A stretch of DNA of 46,847 nucleotides from Escherichia phage vB_EcoS_AHP42. The position numbers and the translations under genes are program-made. Under the pieces are notes generated by a model that was given only the letters and a program-made list of their open reading frames with translations, was not told the origin of the DNA and ran no database searches. Shown piece after piece: positions 26,294 to 34,469 of this stretch. The stretch lies in sequence record NC_024793.1, one strand, 5' to 3'. Numbering within the stretch: position 1 is the first letter of the stretch; the number at the start of each line of letters is the position of its first letter.

Positions 26294-29008
26294 TTGTGAC
26301 GTTACATCACCATTCAAACTCAAAAATACTGATTGTTTTGTCAAATCAACACCACCTTTAAGCGAATAGTATCTTGAAGCGCAATAATCAGACTCATCTG
26401 AATAGCTGCCAACGTAAACACCAAAGCCATATCCAGAGCAAGCTACATCACCAGCGCCTTGACCTGAATACATGGTTACATAGTTACCAGCTGTTGTTAG
26501 TATAGGCCTGACATCAATATCTATATACTGAGAATCAAATGACCTTCTAACTCTAAATCCAGTATTCAGGTTTAAGATGCTCCACCAAACCTTACCAGAT
26601 ACATCAAAACCAAGAGCAATATTGTAAGTACCACCGTTGACCATTCTTGATGAGACTGGCAACACACCTGATAAAACTCTTGTTTCACCTGATGCTGATA
26701 TTAACAATGAGACACTGTGTTCTCCTGATGCCATCACGTTATACTGCAAGTAAAGAGCATTACTATTAACTCCAAAACCAGTCCCTATAGCCATAAGGTT
26801 AAAGTCTTCAGCAACAGTTATGGTCGGCGATATATTGCATGTAGCGGTGAAACCTAGTGACGGGTCAAATCCAGTGCATATAATCTTATCTTTATTTGCC
26901 TGTGAAAGCCTTAGCCAATATTGCTGCCCAACTGATGATGCCGCTGCGGCGAATACTGGTGTATTAGAGACCCCATCAAAAGCTGAAGTGTCGTTTGCTG
27001 GCTTAATTCTTGTCTTCCTTTTGTCTATAAGTCCGTTTATCTTCAGGTTTCCTGAATACTCAGCAACATAGTTAGTGTCCCCTGAGAAATTTGGGCCAAA
27101 GTAACCAGATTCAACAACCCCATCGATCACAACATCAGATCTTGAGTCAAGGAATCTGAAGTTGCCAGCGGAAGTTGGCCTTCCATCGCCATTGTTAGAT
27201 ACATAGTTAAGCCCAACAAAACCATAGATTCTTACAGAGCTATTTGAAAACGAAACGTTATAATCTCTGTAGTTTGAGTTTATGCTGTTCCTGTTACTAT
27301 TTAATCCATTAAATACCACATTTCTAGAGTTTACAATTCTAACACCGTCACCACCGCAATCCTGCGCCTCTATAGCTGACATGGTGATGTTTTGGCAGTT
27401 ATCAATCAGGATGCCATAAGCATCATCAAGCTCATTATAAGCCGACCAACCCGACCAAATAAACTTACCGCCAACAATCCTACAGTTTCCGGCATTCCTA
27501 AGTATTAGACAATTTCTTCCACAGGTGTTTACCTGTATGTTATTCCATGTGAAGTCTGTTGTTTCGTTAATCAATCCGTCTTTTTTTATGTGCTGAATAA
27601 GAACATCATCAAGAACAGGAGAGTAGTTACCAGCAGCAACGAAAATTCCGTAAACATCAAACCCAGCAATGTGAGTGTTTCTTATCGTTAAGTCCCTTCT
27701 AGGGTCAGCACCAGTGTTGAATGGGTAATTGGTTGATAACCCAGTCGGAGTAGGGATGTAAATCCCAGCAGTACCATCAGTAAACGCCGTGTCTTGCTGG
27801 GCTCCAGTGCCGTAAAGAGCAATACCTTCAATATGAATGAGCGAGCAAGAATCAGAAACCTCAATTAAAGAGCCAATTGATGAACTAAGCTGAGTTATTC
27901 TTGACTTGTGCTTGCCAAAACCAATTATAGAGCAAGATTTATTTCTCATTACCAGGTTTGATGCCATGTAGTCGCTATCAAGCTTTAATGCCAGCCCGGA
28001 GTCTAGGATTTGCTGTATCTGTTTCGTTGAGTCTGATGTCGATGACTTAATGGCCCCAAGTTCGCAAGGCGACAGCTCCCCGCTACAGATTCTTTCCCAG
28101 TAATAACCGGTACTTGATTCAAAAACCAATCCTGAAGATAATCCATATGATAAAGATGACTCCGGCTTACAAACAAAGAACCCACCACCATAACCAAGAC
28201 CACCAATGTAAGAATCACAATAGACAACCTCTAAGTCATAAATTCTGGCAGAGTTTGTCATTGCTGATACTGATTCAAACCTTCTTGTGTAATCCTGTTG
28301 AATCCAAAAACCAACTCCAATACCACCTGTAGACTGTGGTGATGAGTTTTGTGGTATGGATTTTGGAACGCTACCAGACCAGTAATAAACCGAAACATGA
28401 TTGTCATTAAAGTAAATTGCAGGCTGAGTTCTTGAGTTTATTTCTCCACCATTTGAGAAATCAACTACAAGAGCAGATGACACAGAAGCCGCAGCAGAGC
28501 TTGCTATTGTAGCTGAAGAGGAAGCCGAGTTAGCGCTACTTTCAGCTAACTGCCTATCAGAAGATACCTGATCTTTGTCAGAAGAAACTTGAGCAGCATC
28601 AACAGCAACTTGCTGAGATTGCATGTTGACATTATTTACGCTTTGCTGGAAAGAATCAGAATCAAATTGATTAAAAGCATCAACTGCCGCTGCAACCTCT
28701 GTTTCACGGGACTGATAATAACGAAGTGTCTCAGCAACGTCCTGAGCAAGACCTTGGACAGTAATTCCGTCATGAGCAAGGATTGAGTACTGAGTCCCAG
28801 CTGGCGCAGTAAAACCTTTATCATTGAATACACGAATCTCTGTATCGCTTAAAATCTCAGCGATAGTAACAATGCTTGTCGGGGTGGTGTTAAAAATCAT
28901 TGTTGCGCCAACTCGGATTAGTGTTAGTGGTTGCCTCCACGTGGTGCCAACACCAGTTACAGTTCCGTCAGCTGCAAGCGATGCAGTTCCAGCGTCATAA
29001 ATTGCCAT
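26291..29008 (-). CDS. tail fiber / tailspike with beta-helix (putative depolymerase) domain
   Basis: 905 aa: tail-fiber-like N-terminus, Ser/Ala/Gln-rich linker, central parallel beta-helix-like repeats (NTHIAGFDVYGIFVAAGN...ILRNAGNCRIVGG...RIVNSRNVVFNG), C-terminal domain; AGGAGA RBS. Confidence 0.7.
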   Translation of the reverse strand: MAIYDAGTASLAADGTVTGVGTTWRQPLTLIRVGATMIFNTTPTSIVTIAEILSDTEIRVFNDKGFTAPAGTQYSILAHDGITVQGLAQDVAETLRYYQSRETEVAAAVDAFNQFDSDSFQQSVNNVNMQSQQVAVDAAQVSSDKDQVSSDRQLAESSANSASSSATIASSAAASVSSALVVDFSNGGEINSRTQPAIYFNDNHVSVYYWSGSVPKSIPQNSSPQSTGGIGVGFWIQQDYTRRFESVSAMTNSARIYDLEVVYCDSYIGGLGYGGGFFVCKPESSLSYGLSSGLVFESSTGYYWERICSGELSPCELGAIKSSTSDSTKQIQQILDSGLALKLDSDYMASNLVMRNKSCSIIGFGKHKSRITQLSSSIGSLIEVSDSCSLIHIEGIALYGTGAQQDTAFTDGTAGIYIPTPTGLSTNYPFNTGADPRRDLTIRNTHIAGFDVYGIFVAAGNYSPVLDDVLIQHIKKDGLINETTDFTWNNIQVNTCGRNCLILRNAGNCRIVGGKFIWSGWSAYNELDDAYGILIDNCQNITMSAIEAQDCGGDGVRIVNSRNVVFNGLNSNRNSINSNYRDYNVSFSNSSVRIYGFVGLNYVSNNGDGRPTSAGNFRFLDSRSDVVIDGVVESGYFGPNFSGDTNYVAEYSGNLKINGLIDKRKTRIKPANDTSAFDGVSNTPVFAAAASSVGQQYWLRLSQANKDKIICTGFDPSLGFTATCNISPTITVAEDFNLMAIGTGFGVNSNALYLQYNVMASGEHSVSLLISASGETRVLSGVLPVSSRMVNGGTYNIALGFDVSGKVWWSILNLNTGFRVRRSFDSQYIDIDVRPILTTAGNYVTMYSGQGAGDVACSGYGFGVYVGSYSDESDYCASRYYSLKGGVDLTKQSVFLSLNGDVTSQ

Positions 29009-29060
29009 GTTATTTCTCCTATTTGATAGATGAAACCTATTGTATCAGATTAAATGCAAT

Positions 29061-29081
29061 AAAAAACCCTCCGAAGAGGGT
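29061..29081 (-). terminator. rho-independent terminator (minus strand) after the primase gene
   Basis: Minus strand reads ACCCTC-TTCG-GAGGGTTTTTT. Confidence 0.7.
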
Positions 29082-29086
29082 GATTG

Positions 29087-30010
29087 CTATGAATGCTTAT
29101 CTATCAGATCTTGCGGGTTATATAACCTTCTTTCAAGCCCCATCTTGAAATTGCCACCTTTAGGTATTACGACTTTTAGACCTCTATCATCAGCAACATA
29201 AAGCGACTCCTTTTCATCAGCTAAGCAAGCTATCCTGCACTCTTTATTCCTGAGTTCATAAGCAACCATTTCTAAGTTGTGGTGAGTTAGGCAGTCGTAA
29301 GTTGTCCTTTTTGTGCATGCCGATACATGTAGTGCGTTAATCCAGCCAACAGTGAGGTAGATAGCTCCATCACTACATTTACTTACCGGAACAACCGAGC
29401 CGCGAGTGTAGTCTTTTGCGAGATATGACTCATTACCCTCTTCATCTATAAACTTTACGTTACAAGGCTCATCTGATAAACCATCCTCGTAAACCATAAA
29501 GCATTGCTCGGCTATAATTTCTTCTCCAGACCCCTTTATTCCTATTTTGTATTCCCGTTCAGTAATAATTGCTTCAAATCTCGTAAGCTGTGTCATTTCT
29601 ACAGACTTGGTGCGAGATATTACCTTCTCGATTGATTCAATGGATGCCTGAGCGCCAAAGTTATATCTCTGAACTCGGCTCGCTGCTTTGTTTGCCTTCA
29701 CTATGATTTCGACGGGAGTCAAATTAAGCCAGTCGCCAAGTAAATTTATAGCTTCCGCAAATCTAAGGCCGGAACATTTCATAACCCATCCTATTCCTGA
29801 GTCACTGCCGCACTTAGAGCAAACTGCGGCCCCATTACCTTTTTCGCTTCCTATTTCGTCTGTAAACCTGAATCTGTCAGTACCAAAGCAATAAGGGCAC
29901 GGCCCGTGCTTCTTGCTAAGGTGTCTATCATTCCAACCAAGCTCCTTTGCATAAAATGATTTCCACAATCCAGCCATTTTAGGTATTACTTCATTCTTGT
30001 CGTAATTCAT
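29087..30010 (-). CDS. putative DNA primase (zinc ribbon + TOPRIM-like)
   Basis: Zinc ribbon CPYCFG...CSKCG near the N-terminus and an acidic TOPRIM-like region; followed by a minus-strand terminator. Confidence 0.5.
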   Translation of the reverse strand: MNYDKNEVIPKMAGLWKSFYAKELGWNDRHLSKKHGPCPYCFGTDRFRFTDEIGSEKGNGAAVCSKCGSDSGIGWVMKCSGLRFAEAINLLGDWLNLTPVEIIVKANKAASRVQRYNFGAQASIESIEKVISRTKSVEMTQLTRFEAIITEREYKIGIKGSGEEIIAEQCFMVYEDGLSDEPCNVKFIDEEGNESYLAKDYTRGSVVPVSKCSDGAIYLTVGWINALHVSACTKRTTYDCLTHHNLEMVAYELRNKECRIACLADEKESLYVADDRGLKVVIPKGGNFKMGLERRLYNPQDLIDKHS

Positions 30011-30062
30011 TTTTATTTAATCCAATAAAAAGGTTGTACCGATTATGGCACAACCTTAATTT

Positions 30063-30536
30063 TTACTCTTTAGCTTTTCGTGCTTCTTCTCTTTCTTTCT
30101 TAACCTTTCGCCATGATTTACGCTGCGGCTTGGTTGCTAACTCAGCTTCTGTAACAACTCGAAGCATCTGACGCTTCTTGCATCGCAGTGTTAGAGGCTT
30201 GCCGTTACCGTCGAACTGTAAATCAGGTCGGCAGAATGTAGCCCTGAACCCCTCGCCAGTTCGCTTATATCGATTATGCGCAAGCTGTGCGCCGCGAGCT
30301 GAAATCATTCCCCGCTTACACCATTCTTCTACAGCCTGGCGCGTAACCTTTAGCTGCTTAGCTAGATTGGCCTTGCTGCCGTAGAAGTCCAATACAATCT
30401 CAAGGCGCGCCCTTAATCCTGCTCTCACTTCATCCTTTAGTACATAGTAACCTGATGGACGCTTACGCGGCTTCTTGTCTTCTGTGCGAATTGTTCCGTT
30501 GTTACCATTAAGAGTACGCTTGTCAATTGAATCCAT
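30063..30536 (-). CDS. basic HTH DNA-binding protein (candidate transcription regulator)
   Basis: 157 aa, very basic, with HTH-like SKANLAKQLKVTRQAVEEWCKRGMIS; divergent from the helicase gene, with the dyad element between the two starts. Confidence 0.5.
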   Translation of the reverse strand: MDSIDKRTLNGNNGTIRTEDKKPRKRPSGYYVLKDEVRAGLRARLEIVLDFYGSKANLAKQLKVTRQAVEEWCKRGMISARGAQLAHNRYKRTGEGFRATFCRPDLQFDGNGKPLTLRCKKRQMLRVVTEAELATKPQRKSWRKVKKEREEARKAKE

Positions 30537-30549
30537 TTTCTCACCTCAA

Positions 30550-30591
30550 TAGCACTTTTTGTTAAACATTGGTTTAGATGGCTGTTATTAT
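30550..30591 (+). promoter_or_regulatory. dyad-associated promoter upstream of the helicase gene
   Basis: TAGCAC-ttt-TTGTTA, 21 nt, TATTAT, then CAATCGAACGAAC; overlaps the divergent HTH gene upstream region. Confidence 0.55.
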
Positions 30592-30628
30592 ATCGTCAAT
30601 CGAACGAACATTAAAGGCATTTGATATT

Positions 30629-32572
30629 ATGGAAAACCGATTGAAAACAATACAAAAACAGATTGAAGAATTGGGCGAAGATAAGATTAAAGAGATTCAA
30701 ACTAAATTCACCTCTTCTAACGGCATGGTTCCGTATAGCTATCAGTGTGTTATGTACAATGAGATTGCAAAGCGCATTAGTCGCTATGAGCATCCATTTA
30801 TCGCAATGGCTTCAGTTTCTGCTGGTAAGACTCTGGTTTTTGGTATGGTTGCTAAGCGTTGCTCTGAGCTTGGCTTGCCTATGCTTGTTCTTGCTCGTCA
30901 GGCAGAGCTGGTTAGCCAGAATGCTTCTGAGATTTCTGATTACGGGGTTCCTAACTCCATTTATTGCTCTGGGCTTGGAATAAAATCATCTTATTTCCCT
31001 GTGGTGGTTGGCTCTGAGGGCACAGTAGTTGGCGGGCTTAAGAAGTCACTTGGCGATTTCTGTCCTGCGGTAGTTGCTATTGATGAGTGTCACCATATTG
31101 ATGACCAGGACATAGCGGAGGCAATTGATAACAATGAGACTGCGCAACAGGCATCAGATAAGGGGCGTAGCCAGTATACGGTCATCATCCTGACTTTAAT
31201 GGAGCGCTGCCGTGCTAAGTATGGCAAGAATCTTCGTATCTTTGGACTGACTGGTTCTCCTTTCCGTGGAACTACGCCAATAGTTGTTGAAAACAAAAAG
31301 GAGTTGGGATTTTGGCGTGAGACGGTCACAAATATCGATACAAACTACCTGGTCGAGTTCGGTTCCGTGGTTCCGACAAACTTTGGTGCTACTGATGGCG
31401 TTGGTTACGACCTGTCAGAGTTTGATGCATCATCTGAAGATGGTGTTCAGGATTACACTAAAGCCCAGCTTGAAGCCATGGATAAAAAGATTCAGGCATC
31501 TGGAACAATGACAGCGGAGATAATGAAGAAAGTATGGCTTGCCGCGAAAAACAGGAATGGAGTTCTGGTAACATGCGCAGGTGAGCGCCATTGCCACGAA
31601 GCCGCAAGTTACCTTCCTGAAGGTGAAAAGTTCTGCATTATAACTGGAAAGACTGGCGAGAAGCAGCGCAAGGAGTTGCTTGATAAGTGCTTTAGCGGGG
31701 AGATTAAATATTGCTTTCAGGTTCAGGCGCTAACCACTGGCGTAAATGTGCCTACATGGGATACAAGCGTTATTCTGCGTAAGATTGGTAGCCTTACGCT
31801 CCTGGTTCAGCTACTTGGTCGAGGAATGCGTAAGCTTAAGAAGCTCCATGAAGATAAAGGAATGGTCAAGAATGACCATTTGGTACTGGACTTCGCAGGA
31901 ACGATGGACTCTATGGCATCATTGTACTTCAATCCAATTCTTGAGCAGGCTCAATATCAGCTACGAAAGAGTAATGGCAAGGAGACTAAGCAGTGTCCAG
32001 TATGCGGAACAGAGAACAGCTTCTTTGCTCGACGTTGCATGCATATTGATGAGAATAATAATCGCTGCGAATATTTCTGGGTTAGTCGCACATGTGAAGA
32101 CCAGAAAGACCCACGAACCGGAAAGGTTATCGTTAAAGGCTGCGGAGTTCAGAATGACGTTGCAGCTAAGATTTGTAGGGGTTGCGATTGCACTTTGCTT
32201 GATCCAAATCTCAACTTAAGCGGCAAACATTACCGCAAGAACGACTGGTTTGATGTTGTTGACTTTAAGGTTGGGCTAACAAAGAACCAATCAGGAATCA
32301 TCTACAACTACATCCTTGATGATGGCATGGGTGGGACATTCAAAGCTCATGAGGTTTTCTTTGTAGAGTCTGACCATCGAGTATGTAAAACGCTCTGGTT
32401 GAACAATGGAATTAAAGGTCACGTAGTCGACATGAACGCTAAGCGATATATGGCTGCATATCGCAATGCTCGCAAGATTATGGAGTATGCGCAGTACATC
32501 CATGCCCCTAAGAGGGTAACTCACCGCAAGACCGCTAAAGGTGGCGATAATATTGCTAATAAGGAGTTCTAA
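30629..32572 (+). CDS. SF2 helicase (DEAH-type) with C-terminal zinc ribbons
   Basis: Walker A SAGKT, DECH box (VAIDECHH) and C-terminal Cys clusters. The track start at 30578 lies inside the conserved promoter/leader, so the ATG at 30629 is used. Confidence 0.75.
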   Translation: MENRLKTIQKQIEELGEDKIKEIQTKFTSSNGMVPYSYQCVMYNEIAKRISRYEHPFIAMASVSAGKTLVFGMVAKRCSELGLPMLVLARQAELVSQNASEISDYGVPNSIYCSGLGIKSSYFPVVVGSEGTVVGGLKKSLGDFCPAVVAIDECHHIDDQDIAEAIDNNETAQQASDKGRSQYTVIILTLMERCRAKYGKNLRIFGLTGSPFRGTTPIVVENKKELGFWRETVTNIDTNYLVEFGSVVPTNFGATDGVGYDLSEFDASSEDGVQDYTKAQLEAMDKKIQASGTMTAEIMKKVWLAAKNRNGVLVTCAGERHCHEAASYLPEGEKFCIITGKTGEKQRKELLDKCFSGEIKYCFQVQALTTGVNVPTWDTSVILRKIGSLTLLVQLLGRGMRKLKKLHEDKGMVKNDHLVLDFAGTMDSMASLYFNPILEQAQYQLRKSNGKETKQCPVCGTENSFFARRCMHIDENNNRCEYFWVSRTCEDQKDPRTGKVIVKGCGVQNDVAAKICRGCDCTLLDPNLNLSGKHYRKNDWFDVVDFKVGLTKNQSGIIYNYILDDGMGGTFKAHEVFFVESDHRVCKTLWLNNGIKGHVVDMNAKRYMAAYRNARKIMEYAQYIHAPKRVTHRKTAKGGDNIANKEF

Positions 32573-32961
32573 TGGTTAAGGTTTTTCACGACAAAACAAG
32601 CACGGACAAGGCTAAAGAGGTTGTTCACCAAATAAATTCAATAGCTTGGGTTCGCCACAACCATCCAGAGATATTTGCTTTTCACGTGAAGAATGAAGGT
32701 CTCAAGTCTATCGGCACAGCAATGAAGGACAAGCAGGAGGGAGTAATTAAGGGTGTATCAGATATTCTACTGATTGGACCAAATGGCTTTGCCGCAATAG
32801 AGCTTAAGCGAGCAATAAAATCAGATAGCAAGGTTTCAAAGGAGCAAAAGGAGTTCCTGGAAAAGGTATCAGAAACAGGAGGTTACGCGGCAATCTGTTA
32901 TGGGTTTGAAATGTTTAAGTTGGCAATTACAGATTATCTATCAAATGGCACGAATTGCTAA
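32572..32961 (+). CDS. putative VRR-NUC nuclease
   Basis: 129 aa with GVSDILLIGPNGFAAIELKRA...SKEQKEFLEKVSETGGYAAICYG, resembling the VRR-NUC D-E-K core; ATGG overlap with the helicase stop. Confidence 0.55.
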   Translation: MVKVFHDKTSTDKAKEVVHQINSIAWVRHNHPEIFAFHVKNEGLKSIGTAMKDKQEGVIKGVSDILLIGPNGFAAIELKRAIKSDSKVSKEQKEFLEKVSETGGYAAICYGFEMFKLAITDYLSNGTNC

Positions 32962-32988
32962 AGAGATTTCGCAAGGATGCGATATAGT
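32946..32988 (+). promoter_or_regulatory. dyad-associated promoter
   Basis: TGGCAC-gaa-TTGCTA overlapping the VRR-NUC stop, 22 nt, TATAGT, then TTCATCGAAACGAAGAGAG. Confidence 0.55.
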
Positions 32989-33019
32989 TACTTCATCGAA
33001 ACGAAGAGAGAGAAACAAA

Positions 33020-33214
33020 ATGACTACTACCTACACTGAAAAGCTGTACAAGTCACGCAAAACTGGTTATGAATATGAATTAGCAATCACCCCTGAGGGT
33101 TATATTCTTGATGATGGAGACGGTTACTCATTCGAAGTTAGCCCAACATACAAAGATGATTTAGAGACTGTTAAAAACGCATTCGGCGAAAAATTTGATG
33201 AGGTGTCAGAATAA
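33020..33214 (+). CDS. hypothetical protein
   Basis: 64 aa from the ATG at 33020, downstream of a palindrome-associated promoter and RBS; the track start at 32900 overlaps the promoter. Confidence 0.5.
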   Translation: MTTTYTEKLYKSRKTGYEYELAITPEGYILDDGDGYSFEVSPTYKDDLETVKNAFGEKFDEVSE

Positions 33215-33432
33215 TGAAATTAACCTTTGATAAGCAATGGGAACTCTTTCAGGCAATGGTGGCGCAGGAGTTGAGTAAAGCTGGATATAAAAATGATGTT
33301 TGGGATTTAGCTTGGTGTCTTGATTATAGTTTCGAAGAGGATTATCTGAACACTGATATCGAAACATGGCGCGACCGAATGATTGCTGATATCGAAGAAA
33401 TGAAGAAAGATTGCCCGGAGGATTTTTCATGA
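33214..33432 (+). CDS. hypothetical protein
   Basis: 72 aa, start overlaps the upstream stop. Confidence 0.45.
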   Translation: MKLTFDKQWELFQAMVAQELSKAGYKNDVWDLAWCLDYSFEEDYLNTDIETWRDRMIADIEEMKKDCPEDFS

Positions 33433-33629
33433 TTACTGCGACTTGCGTAATGACGAACGGCTCATTCACCCTGCTCAATGAGTATGAATTCAAACTTGAC
33501 CCGATTAATGACCAGGTTGAAATAGTTAGCGATGACGGATTTGCATGGAAGTTACATAATGAATTTGATGGGTACTACGGGTGTAATGATGCGAAAGGTA
33601 AGCATGTAAGTTTTCTTGTTTATGAGTAA
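33411..33629 (+). CDS. hypothetical protein
   Basis: 72 aa overlapping the upstream gene by 22 nt. Confidence 0.4.
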   Translation: MPGGFFMITATCVMTNGSFTLLNEYEFKLDPINDQVEIVSDDGFAWKLHNEFDGYYGCNDAKGKHVSFLVYE

Positions 33630-33630
33630 A

Positions 33631-33673
33631 TAGCACTTTTTGTTAAAACTAAAATACAAGGATGGATTATATT
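33631..33673 (+). promoter_or_regulatory. dyad-associated promoter
   Basis: TAGCAC-ttt-TTGTTA, 22 nt, TATATT. Confidence 0.5.
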
Positions 33674-33703
33674 AATTACATCAGCAAATGAGAGGGTTAA
33701 GAG

Positions 33704-33829
33704 ATGAAAATTGTAGACAAAGAGATGTTCGAGATTGCGCAGTCTTTCGCAAATGACGCAGTTAAGACTGGATCTGAATATTGCTGGATGTGCGCTCGAG
33801 AATATTTAAAAATGGCTTACGGCCTATGA
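33704..33829 (+). CDS. hypothetical small protein (41 aa)
   Basis: Not in the track (under 60 aa); good RBS GAGAGGGTTAAGAG-ATG after a palindrome-associated promoter; stop overlaps the next ATG as ATGA. Confidence 0.45.
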   Translation: MKIVDKEMFEIAQSFANDAVKTGSEYCWMCAREYLKMAYGL

Positions 33830-34065
33830 TAGTTGAAAGCGGACGCGCCGCTGTATGGGCGCATTGTGGAGAGGCGGGATTGCAGGATGACATCAAGATG
33901 ATAGGTAAATACTTTGATATTGATGACATATCTGTAGTTTTCAATGGGAAGTTTAGTTATATGAACCAGCGGCCACGCAAGTATGTAAGAGTTCCAGCAA
34001 CGCCTAGCCTCGCAATGTATCGCGAGGAAGGTAAGAAGATATTTAAGAAAGGTGCGAAGAAATGA
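33826..34065 (+). CDS. hypothetical protein
   Basis: ATG at 33826 is coupled to the upstream small ORF; the track start at 33781 is a TTG with no RBS. Confidence 0.45.
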   Translation: MIVESGRAAVWAHCGEAGLQDDIKMIGKYFDIDDISVVFNGKFSYMNQRPRKYVRVPATPSLAMYREEGKKIFKKGAKK

Positions 34066-34319
34066 ATTTACCTGGTCTAGATTTTGCTGAGAGTAAGTAT
34101 CAGGTTGTGTTTTTTGGTGAGAAGCCTTATCGGAAGATTCCTTTCTCTGAGTGGATTCCTCCGGACTACCTCGATGTACTGGTGCAAATTGAGATTGGTA
34201 AAGCTGAGTTGATGTACTATTCGCCAGGTTGCAATATGATGATGCCTAGTGAGTATTCACCAGCAATTTCTGCTCTAGAAACTGAGTTTCTTGATTACTG
34301 GCTAAAAGAAGTAAAATAG
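34062..34319 (+). CDS. hypothetical protein
   Basis: 85 aa, ATGA overlap with the upstream gene; its TAG stop lies inside the next dyad element. Confidence 0.45.
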   Translation: MNLPGLDFAESKYQVVFFGEKPYRKIPFSEWIPPDYLDVLVQIEIGKAELMYYSPGCNMMMPSEYSPAISALETEFLDYWLKEVK

Positions 34320-34358
34320 CACTTTTTGTTAAAAACATCGCCACGGATGGCGTATAGT
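34317..34358 (+). promoter_or_regulatory. dyad-associated promoter upstream of the phosphoesterase unit
   Basis: TAGCAC-ttt-TTGTTA, 21 nt, TATAGT, then TTCATCGAAACGAGAG. Confidence 0.55.
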
Positions 34359-34386
34359 GTGTTCATCGAAACGAGAGACGCTTCAG

Positions 34387-34455
34387 ATGAAAACATTACT
34401 ACCGTTGCTGGCGGTACCAGTAACCTTTATAATCATGTACTTCATAATCTGCTAA
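34387..34455 (+). CDS. hydrophobic mini-ORF (22 aa, MKTLLPLLAVPVTFIIMYFIIC)
   Basis: Sits between a palindrome-associated promoter and the metallophosphoesterase gene; RBS-like GAGAG upstream. Confidence 0.3.
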   Translation: MKTLLPLLAVPVTFIIMYFIIC

Positions 34456-34469
34456 TAGGAAATTAAATA

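Noticed and set aside
30578-30628. Track start of the helicase ORF at 30578.
   Set aside because: The first 17 codons would be encoded by the conserved -10/leader sequence found at a dozen other promoters; the ATG at 30629 is the more plausible start.
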